Positions 1-12,025 of a stretch of DNA of 64,000 nucleotides are shown piece after piece. The notes under the pieces are model-generated. The model ran no database searches, was not told where the DNA came from, and worked only from the letters and a program-made list of their open reading frames with translations. Source of the stretch: Camelus dromedarius (lineage: Eukaryota); contig NC_087437.1 in the NCBI RefSeq assembly GCF_036321535.1, positions 73,782,001-73,846,000 of the forward strand, in the 5' to 3' direction. A program made the position numbers and the translations under genes. Position 1 is the first letter of the stretch. Each line of letters starts with the position of its first letter.

Positions 1-334
1 TTTTTTAGAATGGGAAATGATTAGACTTGAAGGCCCAGTGATACTTAGGTGTGAGGTCAGGTTGACTCTCGGCTGTCTAGCTGGGTAGATAATGGTTCTA
101 TTCATGGAGATGGGGACTGTGGGAATCTCATTAAATGAGCATGAACTTGCTTCCAGGAGGGTGCTATTATTTATTTTGGAAAGGAGGAAAGAAAGACTGA
201 CACAGAATAGCTAATAATGGCTTATTTTCTCCAAGATGTTTTACTAATTCTTTAATTAACCAAAATAGTTCCTGGCTTCATATATTAATTACCATGCATT
301 CTAATAATTGATATCCTTTGATACTCACAGAGAG

Positions 335-550
335 CTAAAACAGACAGACCTGGGTTTGAATTTACCTCTGTCCCTTAGGAATTATATGGACTTAGGCTAG
401 TTACTTAACATTTAAGAGGCAGTTTCTTCACCTGTAACACAAGGTAATAATATACCTCTTGCATGATTTAATGAGATGAAGTATATAAAACATCTCTTAA
501 ATCTATCAGTGCCTAATACAGTAAATTTACATGATAGCCACAATTATTGT
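335..550 (+). mobile_element. MIR SINE (degenerate)
   Basis: Resembles the MIR core: cagacctgggtttgaat...ttacttaac...cagtttcttcacctgtaa...taataat...ttaatgagat...cagtgcct. Confidence 0.75.
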
Positions 551-1837
551 TATATTTGGTTATTACATCTTAATGCTTTCTCTTTTTTTATCACTCATAT
601 TCTCAAATAAAGAAGAGAGACCATCTTTTCCTCCACTCTCAACAGTTTACCCTAAAATCTGAGCATTTGGGCCTTAAATAAAAATTGACACTGTGTTTAG
701 CAGTCTTGAATCAGACCCAATCATCCCCCTGCCCAAGGTAGCTTCTGATGTAAAATATAGATGTATGCACTGGTGTCTGGTATGATTCTGTTCTTTGCCA
801 TTCCTAGACAATTCAATTTTAATGATTTCATATGCCATTTTCATACTCTTCCCAATTTCTGAGTATCTATCGATCTCTAGCTATCATCTGTCTATTTGTA
901 TTAAGCTGTTTTTCAGACTATATACATAAGGTTATGAATAATTAATGCATTGTCATACATATAAATAATAAAGTATTATTACCATTTATCATTTCAATAT
1001 ATGCTGCCATACTGTGATAAAAAGTCAACTTTTCATTTAATCAAACTTATGTTCATAATAAGTACATTCATATTACAAAGAAATTTTCTTCATTTTTCTC
1101 CCTTTTGTTCAAAATAGATGAATAAATTTTTGCATTTTTGGCACTAGAAATGGAATTAACAGCTCTCTGATGCAAACTTTATGAGGAGTATCTCTGTAAA
1201 ACATGAAATGTAGAATAATCCCATGTTTTGGGAAGAAGATTAGTTGAACTAATGAACAGACTGCAAAGTTTCCATGTATGTAGAAAAGACAAATTTTCTT
1301 GGTCACAAAATTCAGAGCTGAAAAGAGTCAACAGGAGTCAGCTGAGTAGCCACAACCATTGAACCAGGAGCGGATTAGGTGTATATTGAATGAGAATGGA
1401 GCTGCCGCTAATTCACGGATTCTTGCTGCTTCACCCATACACAGTAGGAAAGACTGGCATGGTTATTGCTGAAACCCTGCCCTGGGATATTGACTTAGGA
1501 AGTTGGCAGGTTTTCTGAAAGGCTTACCAAGTTTCCAGCAAGTGCACTGAAGTTCATTGAATCTATTCATCCTAGTCTAGCTTTTCCCAGACAGCTCACC
1601 ATCTCAGTGGCCTAAGAATACACCAGCTGCTGCTGTTCAGACTCACTTTATAACAGTCTATCTCCGTGAAAAGTCTAGCCAGAGAGATTAATAAAAAGAG
1701 GAAATATTTATTTAATTTCTTTCAAGTCTGCTGCCTAATTTCTTGCTGACTGAATGGTTTTGGGTGTTTGGCATGTGGACTAATGGAAGGGGACAAAGCA
1801 GGAGTCCCAATCCAGTCATGTATTCATAAACCCTGAA

Positions 1838-2020
1838 AGCAAGGTTTCTTGACTATAGTTGCAGAGAGTCCCCTGGCGGGGTGGGGGGGGGGCTTTTAAA
1901 TATTATTGCTCACATGGCCCTACGACAGCCAATTAAGTCACAGTCTCTGACGATGTGTTCTGGGTACTGGGATTGTTTTAGTTCCCAAGAAGATTCTGTG
2001 GCCAGGGTTGAGAACAACAG
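1838..2020. mobile_element. MER5-type hAT-Charlie non-autonomous element
   Basis: About 180 bp with MER5-like ends (ggtttcttga... and gattctg...gccagggttgagaacaacag). Confidence 0.55.
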
Positions 2021-3429
2021 CTATAGTTTTCCAAGGTGATTTGGAGGCCATGAAAAGCCCCTTGGAGACTGTCTAATCTGGTATATGAAGCAGATCAAAG
2101 TAGCTCTGATAAGTGTGGAGAGGAACGTTCCAGACTTCTGCCTATTTGCCCTCCATAGATCGAGGAGACAACTACTCAGATTACTGAGTGAAAATAATGA
2201 TTGGATTCCATGTTTATTGTAACTAAAGTGAGAATTTAGTGACTTGTGCAAAGTAACACAGCCTGTAAAAGACCAGTCAGGCCTCCTGACTCCAGTTCCA
2301 GTGCTGCTTTCACTTTTCCATGTTGCTTTAGCCATGGAAACATGAATTAAACAGTGTCTCTCCTTCAAAACAACTTTTAGCATTGTAAGTAGGAGGAAAT
2401 TGGAGGACTGAGCTCAAGTAATTGGTAAACCAGTACTAACTTTGTGTTATTTTCATCATATTTATAAAAATATAATGTTTGACACTTTCATTCTGTCTTC
2501 ATTTCAAGTTCTAGGACTCCAGACTTGAATTAATTTGAAAGACATACTATAGTCCAATCCAATGGAGAATCCTACCATCTTGGTTTTTTTTTTTTTTTCC
2601 TGGGGTTAGCGATTATTTAAAAGACCATTTGTACCCATGTATGATTTTGTAGTGACAAGGTGGAAGAAACCAGTGACTCTGGTCATTGAAGAAGGAAGGA
2701 TGAGAGCCCCCAGCCTGAGGAAGAGCAAATAAAATGATGGAGCCAAATGTGAATTAAGGCAGCTTCCAGTGATTCTGTGATGAGAAAACAGATTATTTTT
2801 AATGTAGCCTCTATTCACATTTTTATGTTTGATTTTGTCCTTTGATTGTAATGACAGGTTGTGGTTACACATTATTAGAAATGAATACTAGAGAAGTGAC
2901 TAAATAAGAGGGCAAGAGATGGAGGATAATTAGTGTCATCCCAGCACAAGGGAAGGCAGAAAACATTTTTTTCCCTTCGTCTCAGATGCTGCATGTGCCT
3001 CACCTGCATATTCTGGAATAACCTTGCAATATTTCCTTTATTCCACGATGATGTCTGCTGTTCTTCAATGGTCAGGAACTGCGGCTGCTGGAGGACAGAT
3101 ACAGCTCTGAAATCCTGAGGCTGTTTAACGTATTTATTTGTATATGATACCTGTTCTCTGGGCATGCAGTGGCACTTGTTACTCCACTTCTGAAGTTCTC
3201 TCAAAAGCTTTATTCCTTTCCAGAAGTACAGCCACAACTGACTCCCTTCTGAGTAGAGAAAACTAATCAGCTTTTAGGTCTTGGGTATAATCTACAATAG
3301 GACTGATTTGGGGGAAAATAATTTGAGAAATCTTTGAGGATTAGAGATTAGAGTCCAAACCTTTAGAACATAAATACATCATCTAGGGCTCTGTGAAACT
3401 GATTCACTCTCAAATTTGGCATACATTCT

Positions 3430-4300
3430 TATCTTTGAGATACCTATATTTTGCATAAACCGGAGGGAAATATACAAAAATGTTCATAGCAGTGATATTT
3501 ATAATGACAAGATTAGACTGAGAACAATCTAATAGTTTTTGAAAGGGCAATGACTAAACTGAGATAAATGAATACACTGAAATAATATACAACGGTGATA
3601 GTGAAAATTATAGCTATTCCCATGTATCCCGAAAAAAAGTCCAACAATGTCAAGTGCATGGACTCGTGTACACCCCTAGTGGAAGAATCAATTCATCTGA
3701 CCACTTTGGAAAATTTATTATTATCTTATACTGTTAGAAATATAATGAACATTGTGGAGTGTTTACTATGTTCCAGTCATACTGTAATTTTAATCACTTT
3801 ATATATGAGGGAACTGACGTAGAGAGGTTGGTTAACTTGGCCAATGTCAAAAAGTCCATTACTGGTACAAATAGCATTGAACCTAGGCAGCCTGGCTTCA
3901 GAGTTCATCCTCTTAACCATGATTATTATACTGCCCCTTCCAACTAGTAAAGCCAGTAATTTCACTTACTGGCGTATAATGAAACATACAGCAAACTTCC
4001 ATCCAAGGTGCAAAGATACAAGTGTGTTCATAGCAATTATATTGATAATAAAAAATAAAAACAAATAACGTGAAAATCCATGATAAGATAATAAATAATT
4101 GAGATATAGTCATACAGGATAACACTACACCATAGTGTAAATAAACTAACAAGACTATGCAAATAAATATCAAAATAATGTTAACCGATGAAAGCAAGGG
4201 CAGAAAACATGTATCATATATAAATGTAGAAGTTCACATACAGGAAAAACTAATCAATATATTTACACGTGCATTAAAACTATGAAGTTTGCATATCACA
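3430..4300 (+). mobile_element. Old L1 (L1M-type) 3' fragments, interrupted by a MIR
   Basis: Two occurrences of tgttcatagcag/ca...ataat motifs typical of the L1 ORF2 end and 3' UTR; highly diverged. Confidence 0.5.
3745..3935 (-). mobile_element. MIR SINE
   Basis: Reverse MIR core: atgagggaactgacgtagagaggttggttaacttggccaatgtca...ttgaacctaggcagcctggcttcagag...tcttaacca. Confidence 0.8.
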
Positions 4301-4600
4301 CTACAACAAAACAATGCCCAAAAACCATCTGAAAAAAAAAGTTCCACTTTACTTGAATTTTAAAATATGCAAAATTGAAAACAGAGTGATGTGATTTTTC
4401 TCTTTTCTTATTCCATCGGGAGAAATTTTGCATGTTTGCAAAGTATAACTTTTATTGAGATCATTTGAAAATATGTATGAGAGGCTTTTCCACATATTTT
4501 AAAACAATTTTTGTAAAACCATTGTGTGAAAACAGAGATATGCACAAAGATTTTTTGAAATAATAGCTTTATTTATGAAAATGAAAAATTGGGAAGAAAG

Positions 4601-4995
4601 CATATTAGTTTACTAGGGCTGCCATAAAAAATTATCACAGACTGGATGGCTTAAAAAAAATGTATATTCTCAAATTCTGGAAGCTAGAAGTCCAAGATGA
4701 AGGTGTCAACACCTTTGGTTTCTTCTGTGGCCCATCTCTGCTGACTTGCAGATTTGCTGATGCTGCCTTCTGGCTATGTCCTCACGTGGTCATCCCACTG
4801 TCTCTGTTGTCTGTGTCCTAATTTCCACTTCTTATAAGAATACCAGTCATATTGAATTAGGGTCCACACTAAGGGTCCCATTTTAACTTAGTTATCTTTT
4901 TAAAGACCCCATCTCCAAATACAGTTGCATTCTGAGGTACTGGGGGTTAGGGATTCCACACATGTATTTGCAGGGGACACAATTCAGTCTATAAA
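4601..4995 (-). mobile_element. MaLR solo LTR (MLT1A/B/C group)
   Basis: tattagtttactagggctgccata...ttctggaagctagaagtccaagat...cttataagaataccagtcatattgaattaggg...ccatctccaaatacagt...gggacacaattcagtc. Confidence 0.85.
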
Positions 4996-5366
4996 AGTAA
5001 ATATGAAATAATCCAACATGAAGTAAAATAAAATAATTTAATACAATATATCTAATAAAGAAATAGAATCCACTAGAAATTTCCTCAATGATGTGGAACA
5101 ATGCACATGATATATTAGGTAGAAAAAAGTTTATAAAATATGAACATATATTCCAAATTTGTTCAGAAAAAAACAAGGCAACAAAATATATTAAAAGTAA
5201 TTATCCCTAAGTGGTAGCATCTTGGTTATTTTTTCTCGTGCATATGCAAAGTTATCTATGATGAATATTACTATTTTATAATCAGAAGAGTTTTTAATTT
5301 ACTACATGGAGATTACACACCAAGAGCAAGCATTAATATACTAAGAGCAACATGCCCTGTTTAAAT

Positions 5367-5460
5367 TCATTCATTTATTAATTCAACCAATATTTATTGA
5401 TTGCTTATTCTATGCCTGGTAATCAGGGTGGCAAGCCAGAATCTGGAGGATACAAAACTG
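5367..5460 (-). mobile_element. L2 3' end fragment
   Basis: attcattcatttattaattcaaccaatatttattga...ctatgcctgg is the reverse of the L2 (tgaa)n tail. Confidence 0.6.
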
Positions 5461-5847
5461 TTTTTTTTTATGCAAAATGTTTATATATGTATATACTTGT
5501 GACCTAGGCTTGTAAATTTGTGACCCAGAATAAGACTCACATTTCAGAATTTTTAAGGCAAAGTCATCGAATTCTGTTATGCACCTAAAAGGCAGCAGAT
5601 AGTCCTGTAGGAGGACACAACAAAGAAAAGGAGTCCCATGACAAATTTCTTGTATTTGAAAGAGTACCATGCAGAAGAGCATGCGATTTGTAGGCTCATT
5701 TTAGGGAATGGAGCTAGTACAAATGGGTGGAAGTCTGATTACATATACGGAAAAATTCCTAACAAAATAGTATTCTAAAAACATCACAGATACTCTTGGG
5801 AGGTAGCAAGTTTTCTGTAATGATGGTGTTATAATTTAGTTTACATC

Positions 5848-6050
5848 GACACTGCCTAATGGAATTTTCCCTGCTGGTGGAAATGCTCTATACCTCTGTT
5901 GTTCCATAGGAAGCCACCAGCCCTGTGTGGCAGCTTATGAGCATGTGAAATGTGGCTAATACAATAGAAGAACTGGATTTTACTTTTAAATTTTTATCAA
6001 TTTAAATTTAAGCATCTACTTGTGGCTAGTGACTCCTTATTGGACAGTTA
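5848..6050 (+). mobile_element. MER3 (hAT-Charlie MITE)
   Basis: tggaaatgctctatacctctg...tgaaatgtggctaat...gaactggatttt...aatttaaattta...tgtggctagtgact...attggacag matches the recalled MER3 consensus. Confidence 0.8.
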
Positions 6051-7516
6051 AGGTCCAGCAGATCTTTTGACAGGGACACAACAGATTTGTGAGTAACTCA
6101 GCTGGAAGATATAACTGCTTAAGGTTTCTTCTAGCCAGAGATTGTATGATTCTTTGAATTTGAAGTTATGGGACAGTTCTTTCTTCCATGGGAAAGAAGT
6201 ATGTTTTAGTTGGAAAAGGCTGATGAACATGCTTTGGGTTGTCCAAATTATGGTAAAAACATGTTTGCAAAAATTGAAGGAGTGGGAGAGAGCAGAGTTT
6301 TCATTCTAATATAAACATCCTCAGAGCTACTGAATGTTCAAGTTGTTATAATTCAGCTAAAGATGGCAGAGGATAAACGTGTTTGAAATACAGTATTAGT
6401 ATAGGTACAGTTACAGATCATTTATACAAATCCAAAATTTATAAATTAGAAAACTGAGACCCAGACAGAACTCTGTCTGCTAGACTCTCATATAAACTTT
6501 AGGCAATCCTTGAGTTTAAGAGCAGCTTCTCAAACAAGGCTAATTGAAAAATGGTGACTGTTAGGGTGGGCATTGCAACTCTGGTTAGCTGAATGAATCC
6601 CGTCCACAGTCCACTGCACCGCAGTGCCTCCTGAAAATGCATATAAACCAAGAAGACCCTGAGAACACACCCATAGTATTAACACGACTGGTACATAAAG
6701 GAGTGCCAAAGACCTAAAGTTCATTACATGTATATACATGATAGCTGAAAATACCAATCTAGTTTAAAGAAAATGTACCAAAATGCATTCCTTGTAAAAG
6801 AATGAGCAACATTCAAAGGTTTATTTGTACAGACTATTCATGTAACTGAGTAAGTATTGACCTATGTCTTTGACAAATATCTTATCTATAATAAGCCAGG
6901 CTTTGAAGAGAGAACTGCAGCTTTAAAACTAGTTGCCTGGGTTATAACAAGCATTAATGTCAGGAAAGTCAATTAAGAAGTGACCTCCAACAACAAGCTT
7001 TTGCCATTTAGATTTAGTCCACATTCTTCGTCAGCCTCAATGTGAGTAACACTAACTACTGACCTTTTGCTTTGCATTAAAAGGTCATTAGGAAAAGTTA
7101 AGCCTCCTCTGTGTTCAGTCACTTTTGAAGGTTGCTGTTCTCAACATTCCATTTAAGAGGTTATCACCGGATGGGGAGAAAAGAATTAGATAAAGGCATT
7201 ATGAACTTTTAATCTATAAACTACATCAAGCAGTTCAAATTGTCACCTGCCATTTAGCTGTGTAATTAGAAATGCTTTCCTTTCAACTTAATCCAAATAC
7301 CTTACCTCATTGTGATAGCAACGGTATGTTACCATCTCTGGTGCGTGACTTTTATTTCTACACTTCAGTGTTTAGAAATAGAATTTCCTATTGTTTTCTA
7401 AGCTCCCTTTTTCAGTGGCTCTTCCATATCAAAGACATCTCAGAGAGCCTCTCAAACTGAACTGCTATGGGTTGGAAAAAATGTGATAAGTAAAAGTAGT
7501 GATGTTATAAAGTGGT

Positions 7517-7570
7517 CAGGGAAAACATTGGTCAATATACAGGGAAAACACTGGTCGATATACAGGAAAA
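7517..7570. repeat. 23-bp tandem duplication (about 2.3 copies)
   Basis: cagggaaaacattggtcaatata / cagggaaaacactggtcgatata / caggaaaa. Confidence 0.9.
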
Positions 7571-9654
7571 AAGCTCATTTTAATTTGAGGGTATGTTTTG
7601 GAACCACTGGTAAAAACCATAGAGGTATAGCTATTACATGAATAAAAAAGTATTTCTGATTAGATGTTTAACATAGAAAGGGGAACTGATAGTGAAATGA
7701 TAAGTATTTAGTGGATAAATAAAAACCCATAGTATGGTCATACCAAAGCCAACCTTAGGAAAATCCTTTTGCCCGTCTTTTTCTAGGTGAAAAGTGTGTA
7801 TAATCTGCTTCAACCTATTTCACAAAGAGAATGGGACAATATATGCACCTGTAAATGTCTCAATGCCCTTATAAGAAAAAAGTCTGTATGCTTTTGCCTT
7901 TGTTTTATAATCGTGATTGTACTTAATGAAGGAAAAAAAAGTGTTGCTTTATACATGTATTGCTATAAATGGACTTTGGGATAAGAAGATAAGAATTGAT
8001 TGGGCAATAGCATGGAGGGCAGTGTCCGATTGTACAGGTACGGCATCCTAAAAGTCCAAATTCCTAGGTTTAGGAGCGTACAACTTCAAAGGAATAATCT
8101 CAACCAAAGACTGGGTTGGCTTTTTATAGAAACATGTAATTTTCCTGAAAGCTGCTATGGTTCGAATTATATAGAGTAATGAGTATAGGTCTTTGATCAT
8201 GTGTTGTCCTATTTTGGGCTTTAATTTGTACAGCAGTGAGTGTAATTCCACAAAATTTCCTCTCTGTGTGAGTATACATGCTACATTCAAATGCATCATT
8301 GCAAAGATACTCCTTTTTATATTTATTTTTACATATTTCTACTTAAAGTAATATGGTGAAATGGAAGGGATATCCTATATAAATTTGAAGATAAAATGTA
8401 TTCATTTGATATTTCTGAAATTTGCTGGATGTTAGGATTAGGTGTCTGTAAAAGCTGCAAAGGTAGATTACCATGGAAATCCAGTGTTTTCTTTTCAATC
8501 ATTAAATAAATGCTACTGCAGGCAGTTGGTTTGTTGTTTCTTGGCTCTTCTAGAATGCTGGTGATTTCTGTGTATGTTCCATGGGCTGATTCATAATTTT
8601 GACCCTGCTTTTTGATAAGGTATATTTCTAGCTGATTCTTTGAGAAGGTATGCACATACTGTCTTGGTGTCGAGCAGAAAGCACTGGCTTATCATAAAAG
8701 CCCTGTGGCTTTTAATGAGCTTTGTTGACAGACAGATATTTAAATATTGTTCAGTAGACCTGTGTCTCATTATCATCGTTTGCTTCAAACTTGAATTGAA
8801 GGAAAGTTGCAAGTAACATCCTGGCAATGAAATACTATTTACTTTGTGTGTAAACTCCTGCAGGATATCAAACTGAAAAACAATAATAAATCTTATGTTT
8901 GTTAGTAATAGCTAATTGGATCCCCAACAAACGTCAAGTGTGGGTCCCTTTAATTTGTCAGTCCCAACATAAATGGAGTGCTTATCGACACTAAAATTTC
9001 TCCTGAGATGAGAGGGATGGCAGTCAGCGGGAGGCAGGATGGTTTCTGAGTCATATGCTCTGCTTGGAAAAAGAGATGGGAGAAGCTGTTAAAAATAATT
9101 TACTATTCAGGCATTTTAGAGAATACACTTGCCTAGCCTTGGGGATTTAGAGGTGTTTGCAAGCAGGGTGTCTGAGAGAGAATTTAAAACATAGTAGAAG
9201 GATGAAAAATTGCGCTCTATCCAGTCTAATGTGACTTTTTTCTATTTCTTTTTCTGGTAGTCTTAAAATGGTCATGAAATGAAGGGGTGAGAAAATGCTC
9301 AATGACTGGAATGGTCCTAATGGAGAGAAATTATTCAAGCATCTTCTTTAGTTAAATGAGGTAATGAAGACCCCAGAGTAGATCGCATAATCTGTACTAG
9401 AACAATTTGGCATGCTTGAGATAGCCTAGGCTGTTGAGAGCAGCAAATCTGAGAAAGGAGGAAATGGTCCAGATCTTATGACGAAAGTGCCTCATAGACC
9501 CTCAGTAGAAGAGTGCTCACTATTACCTCTGGCGAGTCCTGCTATTGACACCTCAAGAGTCAGAGATATTCTCTTCTTTAGATAAGATTATTACTATTAC
9601 TACTAAAATGAAAACAATAACCACTACTATGGCTGCTACTAGAACAAAAGACGC

Positions 9655-10075
9655 TGTGGTGGTTAATTTTATGTGTCAACTTGACAGGGCCAAGGGATGC
9701 CCACATAGGTGGTTAAACATTATTTCTGGATGTGTCTGTGAGGGTGTTTCTGTAAGAGATTAGTGTTGAATTGATGGACTGAGTAAAGTAGATGGCCCTC
9801 CCCAGTGTGGACGGGTAATGTCCAATCCATTGCATATCTGAATTGAACAAAAAGGCAAAGAAAAATTGAATTTTCTCTCCGATTAACTGAGCTGGGGAAT
9901 TGATCTTCTCTGCCTGTCCTTCATGCTCCTAGTTCTCAGGTTTTCAGGCTACACTACTGGCTTTCCTGGGTCTCCAGCTTGCAGCATATTTATTAAAAAT
10001 ATACATATATATATTTTATTTCTGAATATGAAAAAGAATATGAAATATTCTGTTTCTCTAGAGCATCCTAATATA
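9655..10075 (+). mobile_element. ERVL solo LTR (MLT2 family)
   Basis: Starts tgtggtggttaattttatgtgtcaacttgac...attatttctggatgtgtctgtgagggtgttt; ends ttctgtttctctagagcatcctaatata. Confidence 0.88.
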
Positions 10076-10255
10076 GCTGCTATTTATTAAATAAATACTC
10101 TGTTAGGATGTGTATTATATCCTTTCCACACATCATTGTTAATTTTCACTACAACTCACATACTCAGATGGCCCTACATTGTAGGTGAGGAAACAGGTTT
10201 GGAAAGGCTAAGCACATCCAACAAGTAAATGGTGGATCCAGGATCCACCCCTGAC
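10076..10255 (-). mobile_element. MIR SINE
   Basis: gctatttatt...attgtaggtgaggaaacaggtttggaaaggctaag...caagtaaatggtgga; reverse MIR core. Confidence 0.65.
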
Positions 10256-10331
10256 TAGTAGTGAGAGTGCTCCTGGAAGGAGGTTCTGGCTGAGCAAAAA
10301 GAAACTAAACTTGGATGCTGAGAGTGGAGGG
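10250..10331 (+). repeat. Dispersed ~82-bp duplicate, copy A (copy B at 11268-11351)
   Basis: cctgactagtagtgagagtgctcctggaaggaggttctggctgagcaaaaa...taaacttggatgctgagagtggaggg aligns to 11268-11351 with few differences. Confidence 0.92.
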
Positions 10332-10709
10332 AGCTGTCAGAGCAGTTCAAAAACCAAATTTAGTCATCATTTAGGTAATTAGTGTGTACATGGTGCTTAC
10401 CAGTGTGAGGAAGTTCAGTCTGTAAATCATCTACAGCAAAGTACGTGTACGTAGCTCTTTATCTAAATCTCTCTAGTCTGAGCTCTTTTGCCCCTTCCTA
10501 GGCCATCCTGGTCAGCCCAGCATGGGGATCACCAGTCATGGACTCCTGTGACCACCTCAGTTCCACATTGTTGCTCTATATTTTTCTCACTCCATTTTAG
10601 TCCCATTCCTTCCCTACGCAAAGTTCTCTTTATATTTAAGACCTTTGCTTTACCATCTATTTTCTAACAGCAATAACATACTAGCTTTTATTTCAGTATC
10701 CTTTAGTAT

Positions 10710-11420
10710 CAATTTATTCTTTAAAAATGCGTTGAGGGCTTATTATATATGCTGAGGAAACCAATACAAATATGAACTAGTTCATGCCCTTAGGAAACGT
10801 GTAGGCTAATGGGACTTAGATACAGAAAACCAGCTAATTACAATTCAATGTAATATACAGAACTATAACGATAGACTCATAGCAATAAATTCTTAAACTA
10901 AGGTGGAAACCTCAGGGGTCTCTCCCTGGAGGAAATAGTGACTGAGTTGAGTGCCAAACATCAAAAATGAGTTAATCAAGCAAAGAGAGATGGTGTAGTT
11001 CAAGAAGAAGAAACAGAATGAATAAAGGCTGAGTTAAAATAAAATTGCAATGAATTCTGAATGATTGGCATTTAAGTTTGGGCAGGGTGGAAGCCTGTGA
11101 GAGATCCAAAAAGCAAAATATAACTAGTGCCTCTATCCTCCAGGTGTACTTGGAGAGAGGTAAACAAAACAGTTAATCAGACTCTGAGACGACACCATTG
11201 TTTTAAACTCGGCAGCATAGGCTATGAAAGCTGTGGGAGCTCAGCGCACAGGTCAAGGCAGGATATGCCTGACGAGTAGTGAGAGTGCACCTGGAAGGAG
11301 GTTCCGGCGAGCAAAAATGAAGAAGTAAACTTGGATACTGAGAGTGGAGGGGGTCAGGGTGGAGGGTGCAGATTATCAAGAACCTTTAACATCAGGCAAG
11401 ACATTTAGGTTTTATGAAAT
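10710..11420 (-). mobile_element. L2 fragments
   Basis: tgcccttaggaa...taattacaattcaatgt...cctggaggaaatagtgactgagttgag...cagaatgaataaagg; diverged L2 3' region. Confidence 0.55.
11268..11351 (+). repeat. Dispersed ~84-bp duplicate, copy B
   Basis: cctgacgagtagtgagagtgcacctggaaggaggttccggcgagcaaaaa...taaacttggatactgagagtggaggg. Confidence 0.92.
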
Positions 11421-11564
11421 ATGTTATGAATAGAAGATACATCAACGAAACCTTTCTTGAGGGGAGGAGAACTACTCTTACAGGGATGTGTACATTTGCA
11501 GCTACGTGCCTCACTGAAGATTTTGTGATTTTAGTGAGACCGCACTTTCCTAGCCTCATTTGAC

Positions 11565-12025
11565 TGTGAAAGCAGAGGCTGAGACAAGGGCTGATGTGGA
11601 GGTAGGTTATCTTGGGAAGTTGCCCCAGGAATCAGGAAGGAGAGACTAGGATGAGGGAAATAGGGAAGAAGGTAAAGCCAATGTAGCATTCAACACTGAG
11701 CAGACTCTAGGTAGGGAGCTGGGGTTGGGCAGCCTGGGAGCTTCTGAGGAGCCAGAAGCCGCATCATAAAAGGATCACCAGGAAGAAGGAGCATTTATTC
11801 ACAACTGCTCCATGGGGGAAGTAACTCCCTCATTCTTTCCACTGCAATTAGGTGAGTGCTTGCTGCTGAGTCAGAAAGCCCAAGAGCAGCTGTGAGAAAT
11901 TCATGGTAGAGCTGAGAGTAGGTGCTATCTTGTTAGACTTTGTCAAAAGTGGTGTCTGCAAAGGGCTGTGGCTGGAGGGAGGCTGAGAAGACCTGACCCT
12001 GAGAAGGGCGTGAGGTGTCAGATGC
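11565..12025 (-). mobile_element. ERVL LTR (LTR16-like)
   Basis: aagcagaggctgagacaaggg...ttatcttgggaagttgccccagga...agggaagaaggtaaagccaat resembles the reverse of the LTR16 3' end. Confidence 0.65.
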
